The notes beneath the pieces were generated by a model, which made no database searches, was not told the origin of the DNA, and saw only the letters and a list, made by a program, of their open reading frames with translations. The position numbers were made by a program, and so were the translations under genes. Shown here piece by piece: positions 36,916 to 51,155 of a DNA stretch of 64,000 nt (positions are counted from its first letter, which is position 1; the number at the start of each line of letters is the position of its first letter). The stretch is from Schmidtea polychroa (lineage: Eukaryota): assembly GCA_044892525.1 (NCBI GenBank), contig CM097885.1, forward strand, positions 33,482,001-33,546,000. Direction: 5' to 3'.

Positions 36916-37515
36916 TTTAGATCCATCAAAATTGATGATGATCTGATTGCTGCTCATCTGAATAAAGATTCGATATGTTTAGACATACCTAGTTACATCA
37001 GTAAATCAGTACTAGATCTGTCTAAACTACAGATATATCTTTTCCAATATAATGAAATTGCGAAATAGAGGGATGAATTTAATTGTGAGATCAATATTGT
37101 TACCGGTGAGACAGACTCCTTTTTTCTTGACGTTAAGCACTGTAAGCTTGATACTCCTTTGCTGGCAATGATTCGAGACAGTCTTCTAGACAGGTCGAAT
37201 TAAGATCCTGCTCACCCTTTATATTCAATGAGTTTGGATTCGGTTATAGGACATTTTATAGGCTAGAGTAAGGAGTTAGGTTATAGTGAATGGGTTTTCT
37301 TACCCTTAAAGTGTTATAGTCTTTTAGGTAATAAACCTACAATATAGGCTAAGGAAGTTAAAATGTCAGGAACTGAGATTAGGCACCAGTTATATTTAGA
37401 CACCTCATCAATAACATCATAGTTTACACAGAGCAACATACTAGGATAGGGACGCGTAACCAACAACTTTTCACATTTAAAAAGTAGTAAATTCGCATTG
37501 TCTAATAACGAAAAT
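36916..37515 (+). pseudogene. Polinton/Maverick-type protein-primed DNA polymerase B, C-terminal fossil
   Basis: Translation LDIPSYISKSVLDLSKLQIYLFQYN...VTGETDSFF...LDRSN*DPAHPLYS...VIGHF...EWVFLPLKCYSL...*AKEV...H.LY...KFALS follows the pPolB order P.Y.G..ILDLSK..MY.FHY / YTDTDS / DTSNYP..HPLYS / G.FKDE / EFV.L..K.YS / KAKGV / K.ALS. Four stops and a frameshift. Confidence 0.85.
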
Positions 37516-37961
37516 TATCATATTCTTCATATATTCTTAATATAGAGGACGCCTATTATGATCCTGCTCCATTTGATTATTGAATAGTAAGGTCGACAAC
37601 CTTCTTGAACGATCGCATTTCCGGTTAGATATAATAAGATAATACTGAATTGACTGGTCGTCAACTATCTTTTCGGCATGTTCCACGAACAACTGAAAGT
37701 TCATGATTATCTCCTTATTTTGATCATTTGAAATTAATCCGTTTAATAAATACAATATGGATGTAGTTTGAGACATTTTATAAATAATATTTGAAGTGAT
37801 CATCTCTTTACATTATTAATTTTGAGTTTCTTACTATTATCCACTAAATAACAATTATGTGCAATATACGTCGCGATAAACAAGCACATGTGCATTGTAA
37901 AGGCATGACGACATGAAGAAATTTTCTTTGTCTTTCCAATGACATATAAATGGTTATCATA

Positions 37962-38918
37962 CACCCAATTCCGAAATTGAGTAACCTCTATAATTCACGT
38001 TGGTGTGCACACCAGTTGAGTGAGTCACCATTTACGTGAAAATGAAGTTACTCAATTTCATTTATTCAATAATTTATTAGCAACAAAAATGGTTTTCAGG
38101 TAATTTTTTTAATTTCAAGTATATTTTAAGACTTGAATTTTGATCTTATATAATTATGAGATCATTATTCAAGTTCTTAAATATTACTGTTAGTCATCAT
38201 TTATAATATAATATATTAATAATTAAATTTCAGGTGTTTTTTAGGAAATTTATGATATTTTATGCATTAATATGGAATTATTTCGCTAAAATGTAAGTTA
38301 GATATTTTTATATTTATAAATAAATAAAATTAATCACCATTGACATTTATTTTTTAAGACATTTAGGGAAAAATCGGCGTACATGAACGAAATAGTTTTT
38401 TAAATTTTTATAATCTTCTTTCTGCAGCTCATTTTCGATGGCTTTTTTCTTTCTGTAAATCAAAAGATCTCGAAGGACCTTCAATATTTGAAATGCTGCC
38501 TTCACACATACTATAAAATATTTTAATAATTTTTAATTTAATGAATAAAACTTACATTGTATTTTCTTCTTTTTCCCTAAAGCTCAAGGTAGAGCTGTCG
38601 GAATCTAAATTAAAAGTATTTTCTTCCATTTTTTAATAATTTTAAAATAATTATATTTTAAAAATATGTTAACAATATGTTAACAGTTATTTATTTTGGA
38701 ACAAAAACCTATATATAAAAATTTTGCATGCATTTTTCATTATGTGTTTTGTGTTGGTGTGTTGAGTTATTTTTTTCTCACCTTCACAAAACCTATAATA
38801 AAGATACTAAATTTCGGAATAATAAATTCCTACACACAGGTAAGTTTGTGTGTTCCTATAATATATATTTATTGATTTTTTTTAGATTATAGAAGTTATT
38901 AAATTTCGGAATTAGGTG
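37962..38918 (-). mobile_element. Non-autonomous TIR element with TA flanks (Tc1/mariner/pogo-like)
   Basis: TIR CACC(C/T)AATTCCGAAATT with TA on both sides. Internal minus-strand spliced ORF remnant MEENTFNLDSDSSTL... (~38400-38630) with a short GT-AG intron. Confidence 0.7.
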
Positions 38919-41215
38919 TAGGACCTGTGTATGTATATGCGTGTAAATTTACATGTTTAATTCATACACAAAGGATTTATGATAACCAGTTATACTGGCG
39001 TTTTCATATACGCACAGTTTTTGAAGTCTAAAATACATAATTTTCGTAAATTTTAACAAAATTAAATGTTTTTTCCTCATAATTGTTGAAATATCTTTTA
39101 TTTATAGCCCACTAAACACATATACACACAGTCACTGAAGTTTAGGCTATTTTGTACATTTTACATATTGTCTACTTATAGCTGATTCAATTTGGAAACG
39201 GTATATTAATATTTATTGATATTACTCTTTTCTAAATTTTTTTCGATTCCTATTACATTCTCGGGGGAAATCCTTAATCTATTAATAAAGCAAAGCGAAA
39301 ATGGATCAACGTTAATATGTTCTTAGATGACAGAGACTATTTACTATAGATTAAGATACTATAATTTATATAATTTTATAAATGTATTGAAAAACAATTA
39401 TAATTAAAAATTAGTTAGTTCAAAGTGCTGACCGAGAAAAAATAGCGTGATTCTATTTTTAAACTATTTATAAAAGTCCAAGAGCTTATAAATAATAATC
39501 AGTATATTTTTTGAGAAATTTTGGACAGCATTTCTAAGTTCAATTCTTGGATTAAAGTTTATTTGTGCAGTTTATTTAATTTGATAGCCATATTTATATA
39601 AAATATAACATTTTCTTGAAATTATTTTATATTAAAAATTCCTTTTAAAATCTTTAATAATTTATATTTGCTGGTTTCATATGCTGGTTTATATACTGGA
39701 TTTAAGCTATGGTAAGAATATGACTAATCTTGAGTATATAAATTTATTTAAATACAAAATCTGCCGTTGCCTGATTTAATAAAACAATACAAAAAATTTC
39801 TCAATAATAAAATTAATATTAATAACTATTTCCGTACATGTTTTAATTAAATTTATTATTTAATAAGTGCCTGAAACATGCACATTTAATTTTATTAATT
39901 TTTTTTAATTATTTAAATTAAAATTACAATTATACTGATGAAATAAACAAAACTACGTTTTTTAAATTGTATAATTATCTGGTCACCTTGTTTATTCAAC
40001 TGATCGAAAGAAAATTCAAAAATGTATTCAAAAATCTGAAATCGTAACATCTCGTGGAACATCGTACCGCTTCGCCTCAAGACCAAATGTATAATTTCAT
40101 CGACATCAATCTTCTTGTTCTTCATATATTTCTCTCATCAGGGTTCAAATTTCAACTAATGAAAATATCAGTTCGCATTTCAAGTTTGGAAAAGAAATAT
40201 CAAACCATTGTTTTGGTTCAAAATCGAGTTTAATACATGTAAATCTTCACTATACATCAATTTTATATTTTGTTATGGCCGTTTGTTTGGTTTTGCAAAT
40301 TTCAGTCCAGGAAATGGAACAAATATGAAAAGAAGCTCTTACTTATTATATCAATTGATAAATATATATTCTAAATGCTCCAGTTATTCTTATGTCTACA
40401 ACACAAAGTTCTAAATAAAGAATAAAATTAAATATAAGTCATTTTATTAAAAAATTAAATTAGTTTTAAGAATAATTATTTGTGAAATTTATTTACCCAT
40501 TAATTTCATATTAACTGAACGCAGGACCTCCAAAAGGTGAAATAACATCATGATTTACTAGTAAATCTTAAAATATTTCCCAATAGGCCTAAAACTTGTC
40601 ACCACATAAGTCTTTATTGTTGTATTCAATACAATGTATTGGATGAAATCGAGTAAGGTCATGCCTTCTTCTTTTGTCTATTAGGTATTCATTTAAACTT
40701 AACCCTTTTTCAAGATTAGTGTGATGAATTGATATCGCTAAAAAATTTACATTTCTTTAAAAACTCATATTTTAATCTTGCCTGTTTAGAGTATTACATT
40801 AACATTAGATAAAAATTTGTAAAAAAAGTTTTCCTTTTCATTTGCAATTACAGGTCCATGAAAACGACAATGATTAAATAATAGAGAATTTTAAATTTTT
40901 CAGCTGTTTTTTAAATTTTGAACATATTCTTCTTTGTTATTCGGTAATGAGACCTTTATTGAACATGAATGTATTGTACTATCTGACACGCGTGTATCCT
41001 TTTTTGAAAATACTTTCCATTAGTCAAGTTTCAAAAATTCCCAAACATCAGTGATACCTGATGAAATTCTAGAGTAATCCTTGAGTAATCTTCTAGAGCA
41101 GGGATGGCGAACCTTTTTTTGACTGCGTGCCAATAAATATTATTTTTATTAAATGAAAATACATGCTTTTAAAAATTATATATAGATTCATTTTTATAAT
41201 ATGCTGACATGTTTT

Positions 41216-43127
41216 TTAATGGGATTTTTGTTGCTGAATATTTCTCGATAATGCATCAATATCCGGATCATAGTTTGACAATTTTAATGAAATACAAGCC
41301 TCCCACATTCATCGGTAAGTCTGTTTCGTACATCAGATTTTATATTATTCATAATCGAAAATAGACTTTCACAGCTATACGTTGATGAAAATATTGTTAG
41401 AATAGCTAAAGACAATTTCTTCATCGCATTAAATGTTTCTGGGAGCGAACACCATGTCTTCAACAACATATTATTCATGTTTTCGTATTCTTCTTCATTT
41501 AATCTTTTTTTTTCATTATTTTCTATTTCTTGCCTTAACTCTATAAATTTCAGCTTCCAAATAGAACTTGATTGAAACTCTGCCAACTGCATTTCTAAAT
41601 TCTCCAACTGTAACCAGTCTAATTGATCAATTTTAGCAGTTTCCATATCAAACTTGTCTGGATATTTAATAAAGTTAATTAATGGTTGAAATTTTTTGAA
41701 AGCTTGAAATCTATTAGCAAAATTGTCTTGTATGTCACTTATAACTTGGCTATAAAAATTTATATTAATTTCATAGACTCCATGAATAGAAAATTTTTGA
41801 AGGTGATCTTTCAACAAAGGAAAATACTTAAAATTATTGTTGTCAATATCGCGTTTAAATATTACTAATTTGGACTCAAAACCTTCAATAATATCGAACA
41901 TTACATCAATTGATTTTCCGGGACCTTGCAATTTAATATTTAATTCATTTAAATGGTTGGAAATATCCGTTAAAAACATTAATTTGGTGATCCAGTTATT
42001 ATCAAAAAGTTCAGGAAATTCGGTTTTTTATCATTAAGAAACATGATAATTTCATCAAAACATTCTACAAAACGTTATAACACAAATCCTCTACTAAGCC
42101 AGCGTACGTGATTATACATTAACAATCCATGATAATTTGAACCTACCTCTTGTAGAAGCAACTGAAATTGCCGCTTATTCAAAGCTCGAGCTGCTATAAA
42201 ATTTATTATTTTGAAAACAATACTTAAAATATCATCAAATGCTGCCAATCCAGACTTCGCACATAGAACTTCTTGATGAATTATACAATGAAAATTAATA
42301 ATTGGATGCCCAACGTGTTCTTGAAAAAGAGATACAAAACCAGCTTGCCGTCCTATCATTGAGGGAGCTCCATCAGTTGTAATTGACACTATTGTTGATG
42401 TATCTATCTCAGCTATTTGAAACGTTTTTATAACTGCATCACTAATATCTTTCCCAGTTGTTTTTGCTGATAAGGAAACTAGTGAAAGCAATTCCTCAAC
42501 TATTTTTTCTCCTTTAGCATAACGAGCAATTATGGACAAGCGAGCTGAAGATGTTACGTCGGTACTTTCATCAAGACATATAGAAAATAGCTTTGCTGAA
42601 CGTATATCATTTATTTTTTTAATATTAATATTTTTATGCATTTTTAATATCCTGTCTTTAACAGTATTTCGACTTATACTTAATTCTACAAAGCGCTTAA
42701 GTATCTGCTCTTTATTTTGAAAATCTTCAAATAAATGTGGTGCACATTTAATGAAAGCTTCTTTAATATAATCTCCATCGCTAAATGGTTTGCTATGAGT
42801 AGCAATAGTCTTGGAAACCTCAAAACTAGCAGCAACTAAATAATTTGTATGTTTCAAAAATGTAGTGAATGAGTTTGATTGGAAATTTTTATTTTTAACT
42901 TCACGTGCAATATATTCTTTTTGTTCTGAATCACTTTTAGATAAAAGAAATGAATGAGTAGTTTCATAATGACGTTTTACTGAGGATGTTCTGCACACTA
43001 CTGTATTTCCACACAACGCACACAGGGCATTGTTATTGCTTTTCATCATTTCATATTTATCAGTCCACCAATCTTGAAATGGTCTGTTAGAGCTGGCCTC
43101 TGTTTTCCTTTTCTTATTTTCTGACAT
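41216..43127 (-). pseudogene. hAT transposase (GTF2IRD2/EPM2AIP1/SPIN-like) with one stop and two 1-nt frameshifts
   Basis: BED finger (CALC...RHYETTH), KPFSDG, FSICLDESTD, TTDGAPSM, HCIIHQE, VRWLSRG, FLTDI..HLNELN.KLQG and FSSTYSCESLFS. TAA at 42075-42077; shifts at ~42025 (A-run) and ~41302 (G-run). The repaired frame ends IQQQKSH* at 41216. Confidence 0.95.
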
Positions 43128-43262
43128 TCTAAAGTTGAAACATATTATTTATTTATCATTAAAATTGTTAATGAATTACCTTTTGAAATCAATTATAATT
43201 GTCTTCTAAAAATATAAATAGATTTTTTTTATTAGCAAAAAATAATACTAAAATAAGAAAAC

Positions 43263-43433
43263 ACAATTTTCAATCGCACTTACAAAGTTTTTAACTGAAC
43301 TGAATTAGAATTAGTGAATTTCAATTTTGGCGAGAATGCAAATATTAAAACAATTTTCAATCGTACTTACAAAGTTTTTAACTGAACTGCATTAGAATTA
43401 GTGAATTTCAATTTTGGCGAGAATGCAAATATT
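43263..43433. repeat. Tandem duplication, 87-bp period, in the hAT 5' non-coding arm
   Basis: ACAATTTTCAATCG(C/T)ACTTACAAAG...GGCGAGAATGCAAATATT at 43263 and 43350; two substitutions. Confidence 0.9.
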
Positions 43434-45145
43434 CATATATATATGTATGTATATATTTGAAAATCCAAAGCATACTATATTCATTTTAACATTTTTTTTA
43501 TATTTAAAATTACATGTTCATACTTGTACATACCTATACCAACATACGCAAATAATATAATTATATTTTAACGTTATGAATAAAGGCGCCAGAAATCTGG
43601 AAGTTCGTTTTTAAATAACAAAATTTATGCATTAAATTTGAATTGAGTTCACAATTTTTTCAATATCAAAAATGCATTTGGATTAGTCAGTACATTACAT
43701 ATGTATGAAAATGAAAAATATTATACGTGCCAGCGAAAATTTATCTGCGTGCCACTTTGGGCACGCGTGCCATAGGTTCGCCATCCCTGTTCTAGAGTAA
43801 TCTGCGTTCATCCTGATACTGTCAACTAGAACGACTTTGAAGAATGTTTGAAGATTTATATCTTTTAATTGGTCAGACTATTGGTTTACAAATCATATGT
43901 ACAACGACCTTTTCGATTTTGTCAAATATACTGGTATCCTACAAGAAATCGTCATTCTCTTTGAAATATTATTGGAGTCGAAGCATCCACTCTCCCAATT
44001 CCCAGAAGCAACCAGTATGCAGAAAGTACAATAAAGGTTATACAGGAATTATATACAGAATGCAAAAATAAATAAAAACTAAAATGATTTATTCTGAGTA
44101 ATAAATCATGATACATGCTGCACTACTCTGTATTAACCAATTGCAAATTACAGTTCTACAATCTAAAAAGAATTTTTGTAATTTGGGGGTGATAAATAAA
44201 TACATAATTCGTTGTTTTCAGACAAAAGTTCATCCTTTTATGACACAGAAAAAGTGAGTTACAAAAAGTCATAATCCTAGTGTTCATGCTTCAGCTACTA
44301 ATTATATTAATCTACTGCAAATAAATTAATCTTGGCAATGGCGCTGAAATATTGCATAACTAAAACGCCAAATTCTAACATTGCAATTTTCTTTGAAATA
44401 AATAAACATGTTGAAATTTGTATCAGTTCACATATCCAAATAATCAAGTATATTTAATAAAAAAAACAATTTTATCTAAAGGCGCATACATTTTGGTGGT
44501 AGGGAGTTTTACTGACATAATTGTTGATATCAGTTGAATGCCAAAACGGGAAAAATATTTTCTTGGGTTAAAAAGTAATTAATATTACTAAAATTTTATT
44601 ATTAAATAAATATGATATTGATACTTTTCCATTGAAACAAGTGGTAATTTATTAAATTCAACGGCCACTTGAAGGTATTTATAATCTTTTAGTCATTGGT
44701 TTAAATAATTTTTCAATTTAGTTGTAATTATTATGATATAAATAATAATTTAATATATTGCAAGAATTGTAAACCAATGCTTTAAAAAGTGCGGAGTCTT
44801 ACACTGAATTCATTTATATATTCAGAACTCCATGTCCCATATCCCTCAGGAAATTGCTAAATATTTTCTTTACACTTTGGTTGAGTTTTGAAAGTGAGAT
44901 TATATCAAAACATACGATGTTTCTTTTAGTATTTATTGCATTTATTTGGTTGGTACTTATTTTCACAATATAAGTCAGCTGTTTTGTCTTTTTTCTCATA
45001 TTATATGCCATTCAAGACGTCTTTACAGTTAAATCTTTTAACAAATTATAGCATTTGAAATGTTGGAAAATTCTTTCGAATTCTTTTATTGCAATTTATA
45101 TTCAAATGGTCGAAGTCTTTTCAATTGACATTGTTTTTATTAAAA

Positions 45146-45245
45146 AAACATCGATATATTTACTGATTCATAGTCAAGCTTTTTAATAAATATAATGTCA
45201 ATGGAAAAGAAATCAGTGGTGAAATTTGAAAAAAATTCTTATAAT
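45146..45245 (+). repeat. Dispersed repeat family (other copies ~55119-55230 and ~63814-63876)
   Basis: Shared core AAAACATCGATAT.TTTACTGATT(C/T)ATAGTC in all three. ...AAAGAAATCAG.GGTGAAA...ATTCTTATAAT is shared by the first two. Confidence 0.8.
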
Positions 45246-45669
45246 ATATATATATATATATATAACAAATGAATGAAAAAATAGAGGTAGTTTTATAGAA
45301 TATTAAAATACAAAATCATAAAATTAATTAACTATTAAGTTCTTATTAACTAAGTTCTTATGATCACAAATAATTTTAATAGGATAAATAAAAATCATTC
45401 TTTTAAGACAAAAGGAAATTAAAAAATTTCAAAATATTTTTTCTTATAAAAAATATTCTTAGAATATATGATAAATAAATTCTTTCCACTTCTTTTCTTT
45501 GGCCGATAAAAAGTGATTATCCTTATTAACATATATGAAAAGATAAGCAACGCCTTATGAAAAGTTACCCATTATGCTAAGCAAGTACAATATTGTGAAA
45601 ATTAAATTAATTTCAGTATATATTGTGAAAACTTGTAGTGTAAATAATGTGTTGAAATTATTTTTAGAC

Positions 45670-46018
45670 CCAGTAAAAGCGCGGAACACCATTCACATGA
45701 TATATTTACGCGGAACACTGACAAAAAATGCTTGCCCACAATGAGTGACTAATCAAAAATTACTATAAATCTGTCGTAAACATAAACAATGCCTTCTTAT
45801 AAGCAAAGAAAATACTACGCGCAACAATAACAAGCAATAAAAACACTTTTATATTTGTATGTTTATATATCTGTGCAACGGCTTTCTTATTGAATCATCT
45901 TATAAAAAAATTAATTGAGGTTTTTGATGATATGTATCTTAAATGCAAATTTAAAGATAAAATGTCATTTTTTTCGCTGAATACTGATGTTCCGCGGAAC
46001 ACGGGTTGAGAACCACTG
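45670..46018. mobile_element. hAT MITE fragment
   Basis: Three GCGGAACAC subterminal motifs and a Charlie-type end GGTTGAGAACCACTG. Left TIR not recognisable. Confidence 0.55.
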
Positions 46019-48440
46019 CATTAATTGAATATTCAATTGATTATTACGTACAAGAATATATATAATTAATTTCGTCTACTAAAACATTAATAAATAACAG
46101 CCCCATAAAATTTAAGAAATAACAATACTTTATAAAAATATTCTTAATACTTTTATTCATCTATTGCCAAGTAATCAAAATATATTAGTATAAAAATGAA
46201 AATTAAAAAATAATTTTACAAAATTAAATCGATTTAATTCGAGTTTTGCAAATAAAGATTTTATAAATTTTATTAAAAATTTACTAAAATTACTACTTAT
46301 TAATAAAAAATAGTGTTACTTATTTATAAAATATTGTAGAAAAATTATGTATAAATTTTAAAAGACTCGAACAACATAAAAATTTTAAATAAAATATTTA
46401 AATATATAATTAATAGAATATTTAAAAAATAAATAGGAAATTCTGTTATAACTGTTAAATATATTCATAAATATTTGTCATATCTCACTTGAAAGTTACA
46501 ATTATTGTCAAACCTTTACTGATTCAATATTCTCGAATAAATTAAATCTAATCCAATGTTATCAGTCCAGGAAAGTATTGAGATGGACATGATTACATAA
46601 ATGAAGTTGAGGATTGCATTTCATATAATTCATATAACTATGAAAAGTACTTGTATCATCAAGAACAAATATTATTAATATGTTACGTATTGCACATTTA
46701 AAATTAACTTGTTTCTTTCAATCCATCTGACTTGAACCTTTCTTCCAAATCAAAATCACATTTTACTCAACAATAACTTTATTTAAATCAATAAACTGAA
46801 ATTTCCAATTATGATTGATCAAACATTTGGTATTGTATATTGGCCAATACTACCAATACTAGAATAGAAATTGAGTCAGTTGATCAATGGTAAGCTATTA
46901 GCAACAGAGGTTCTTGTATTAATTGTATTCATAGTTAAAATTCGAATTCAAATTATATTTTATTAATTCAAATAATAATCTTCTCAATAATACTGTTCAA
47001 ACAAAATCTTTTGAGGAAAATCTTTTATTGTAGTAATGTATAAATAAAGATTTCAGCAAACCGGATCAAACAACATACATATACACAATCTTTAATTAAT
47101 TTGTTATTTATTAAATTGTTAAAAATATTAATAATATAATTAATCAGTTTAACTAGTAGCCAACATTGTAATTTCTTCCGAAAATACGGTAAACTTTTAT
47201 CTTAAAAATCATTTTTTTACCCTTGCAAATCATTTTGTTCATCATTTAAACTCTATCTTTCCTAATAAACTAACTTTTACCAAAATGTTATCTCTTTTGC
47301 TAGAGTACTATTTCTCAATTCTTGTAAAGACTAAAATTAAGTCCCAGATTTTAAGCAAATTTTAATAAATTCATTTAAATTTAAATACTTTTTTCTTTAA
47401 CCTGCCAGGTAACAATCTCTAAATTATTTGATATTTTTTTCATTTGCAGTAAATTTTAATTAAATTTTTCGATTGAAGTGTCACCATTGAAACCTGTTTA
47501 ACATCCTCAATTCAATGTTATACAGTTGGCAAAATTCGTCTGAAAATTACAAAAATACAAACAATTCGAAAATAACTTTTATAAAATTTTACAGTTGGTG
47601 ACAATTCTTACAAATATTTTGTTTTAAAGAAATTGATTGTAGATTTACAAATATTACGCTTAATAAAGATATATACATTTCTCAACAACGTTTATTATTA
47701 AATTTTTAAATTTATTAAAATCAAACTGAAATCACAAGATTCCATCATTAAATAAGAATATAAATTCTAATTTATTAATTTTTTTCATCATTATATATTT
47801 TGATGCTCTTGCAGATATTCGTTTTAGTTTTGATACCAATAGCAAGGGGATATGGAGTGAACAAAATGTTTTATACAGATTCCTTTTTCAATTGAATTTT
47901 CTTCACAATGTTCAAATGTTTCGCGAGTCACATTTAAATTCAAACGAAACTATTTTACAATAAAAAAAAGTTGTTAAGATACTATTAAAACTTTAATAGA
48001 ACAGCTTTAAAAAAATGACTCAAAATTACAGAATGAATAATTTGTTCTTTTTAATAAAATGAAATGTTAATCACAATATAAACTTAACAAGAAATAATAA
48101 ATAATAAAAAAATATTTACCCACTGTCTTTAACTGAAATATTTGATTAAATATTTTAAATATTTTTCTTTATTTTATTCAATTTAAAATATTTTTTTTAT
48201 TTAAAGAAAATTAAAAAATTCAATTTTCGCTGATATTTCCCAAGTTAAATTTTAACAAAAGGAAATATTTAACAACGATTTCAGCAATTCCTTAACACCC
48301 CTAATTAGGATTTATATTGTAGTAAAAATTCTTGAGCATATTTACTTTCCTTGCAAAAAATTACATTAATTTTAATTTGATTGACACTTGATTGGCATTA
48401 ATTCACAAATTATATTCTAATGCTTTCTTTAAATTGTTAA

Positions 48441-48441
48441 T

Positions 48442-48534
<93 letters not shown>

Positions 48535-48562
48535 TTAATAATAATAATAATAGTAATAATAA
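48441..48562. repeat. (AAT)n microsatellite
   Basis: Directly visible. Confidence 0.95.
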
Positions 48563-50906
48563 ACAATCACGTAACGACACATGATACAAAATTATTTCCT
48601 AAATCATATTTACATATTATAAAAAGTTTAATAGTGCAAAAAATAGTTAAAAAAGATTTTTTTCGTAAAACTGTTACAGAAGCCTAATTCAATGCTCTTT
48701 ACATTGTGTTATATTTTTTGTGAAATAATAAATATAAGTGGATTTGTATAATAGCATGCACAAGTGATAAAATAATATTTTTAGTAACAGAAAAATATTC
48801 CTTATAAAAATTATTTGCAAAAAAAAGATAAATAAATTTTAAACTATAAAATTTATAATTAGCATCGGTTGATTATTTTTGGTTTTCTAGACATTTTAAA
48901 TATGACGCACAGGCTTTTAAATTATATTTCCACGAAAGATTAATGCATAAGATTCATGAATAATTAAAAGTTTTTTCCACAAATATTTTAGAGTGAAAAC
49001 AAAATATGTTTTAAATAAAACTTGAAGAGCACTATAATGTAACGACTTTGAAAGATGTCCTTTTTTTAAATATGTTCAAATTTTCAAAGACTTGGTGGAA
49101 CTTAATTGTAATTTTGAAATTTATTATACTTTTTGTTCGATTCAAATTTTAAATCATTATCAAAAACTTTGAATAATTATAAAAATAATAAAAATATTTC
49201 CTAAATATCATTTTAATTTGGAAATTTTTCTTTTTTGAAATAATTCAGTTTTATCTAGATTTCATATCCAGTAGAGTTTTAAATTTCATTCTGATAAATA
49301 ATTTTGTTTTAATCTAATATCAAAATGTCAAAAATGAAGATTAATTTATTTTTAAATAAATAAATTCTAGTTAAAAAAGTTTTCTGTTAATGGATACAAT
49401 TCTTTTTTCATAAATAAGCTAGGCGATCTTATAAAAATTTAAAGAAACCAGATATTACAAAACAAAATACATTAAAACAAAATCAATAAAATTAATTGAG
49501 TTTCATTTATCTTAATTTAGATTTAGCCTAAAATCAAAAGTGAAAAAGATAAATGATTTTTTTTTGAAAGTCATTAATGAAGTGACTTTGATAAGAAATT
49601 TAAAAATTGCAATTTTACAATGTAAATGGTACAAAGCATTCGAGATATTTTGTAGAACCGATTAATAATTATTTATTTTAATTAATTATAATTAATTAAA
49701 ATAAATATAATTATTATATTGAGTTCGTTAGATAAATCTTTTATTAATTTTTTTAATTAATTTTGAATTAATTTGTGACTTTTTTTATTGATAGAGTTCG
49801 TTAGGCTGTAAGATAATGAAAAATAGAAAGAGCTAATAAAATTCACTGGATCAACGGATTTTACCGTCAACATTACAAATTTTATAAAACTCAGAATAAG
49901 ACAATACCAACTGTTAAGAATTTTTAAACAAAAAGGCAGATTAATTCAAGTCATAACATCACATTTATTATTTATTCATAGTATATGAACTTGTTATTTG
50001 TCTCTTTTTTTCGTCCTCTCTATAAAATATTTAGTATTTTCATTATCCTACAAAAATAATACCAGTTTATCAACATATTTTATTAAGTTAACGAGAAAAG
50101 GTATTCATCATAAACAAATTCATCATATTCATCATCACAAATATTTTAGGAGAACCACATAAACTTCTGTTTGTATTTTTTGTTTTACTAAATATTAAAA
50201 ACTCTAAATTATTATTGAAATAAATAGTAAAATAAACAATAAACATTTAACTTTTACATTGCGCTTAGCATTACATAAATAATTTCATGCAAATGCAGAT
50301 GGTATTTATTTATTATTTAAAATATAAATTTTAAATAATAATTTTTATATATTATTATTGAAAGAAATTTTTGACATTTTACCAAAAATTATTAATAATA
50401 ATAATTATTTTTAAATTAATTTATTTATATATAATGCGTTAGTTATACTTTAAAAAATATACAATTCATTATTAAAAGGTTTTTCAATTTTTTAAAATTA
50501 TGTTATAAGTGCATTTTTTTTTAAAATTTTACACAAGTGTTTTAAATAAAATCTTTCAATGCAGTTATGATTATTTACATTAAATTCTATACGAAAGGGT
50601 TTAAATTATTTTAATCTTTAACATTTTAGCGAAAGAAACATATTTGTAATTTCAGTAAATCAAATAATGACAAATGTCAATTAGATTATTTTGAAAATTC
50701 AATGGGCTGTTCTTGTAAAATGATCCTTAAAAAGCAATTAATAACTTAATCTTCACTTAATGAATGTTTCGCTGTTAATGATCTGCATTTATGATCTATA
50801 AATATAAATATATATAAACATATGTTGACTTCACAATCAACTTGTTTGAATTTAAAGTTCGTTTTTATAATTTTAAAAATTTTTTTAAATTTTAAAAATA
50901 CATAAA

Positions 50907-51155
50907 ATGTGCGGTATCTGGGCGGTGTTGAATTACGGCAAATGTACTCTGAAATTGGCGAAGAGCTTTGAAAGAATTAAACACCGGGGACCGGATTCGT
51001 ACAAATTAGAGAGAATACCCGAACTTCCTAGTTCCTGCATCGGATTTCACCGACTAGCAATTATAGGGGATAATCAAAATATGCAACCGTTAGTCCATCC
51101 AAAATTTCCTCATATTAAAATGGTCTGCAATGGTGAGATATACAATCATAAATTG
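50907..51155 (+). CDS. ASNS: Asparagine synthetase (glutamine-hydrolysing), exon 1
   Basis: MCGIW (Cys2 nucleophile), HRGPD, GFHRLAI, MQP, CNGEIYNH. Phase-0 donor gtaag at 51156. Confidence 0.95.

Larger units (their letters stand above)
41099..43789 (-). mobile_element. Full-length hAT element, Buster/Charlie/SPIN-like
   Basis: Perfect 16-bp TIR CAGGGATGGCGAACCT. Perfect 8-bp TSD TTCTAGAG (41091-41098 and 43790-43797) with central TA. GCGTGCCA subterminal repeats. Confidence 0.97.
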
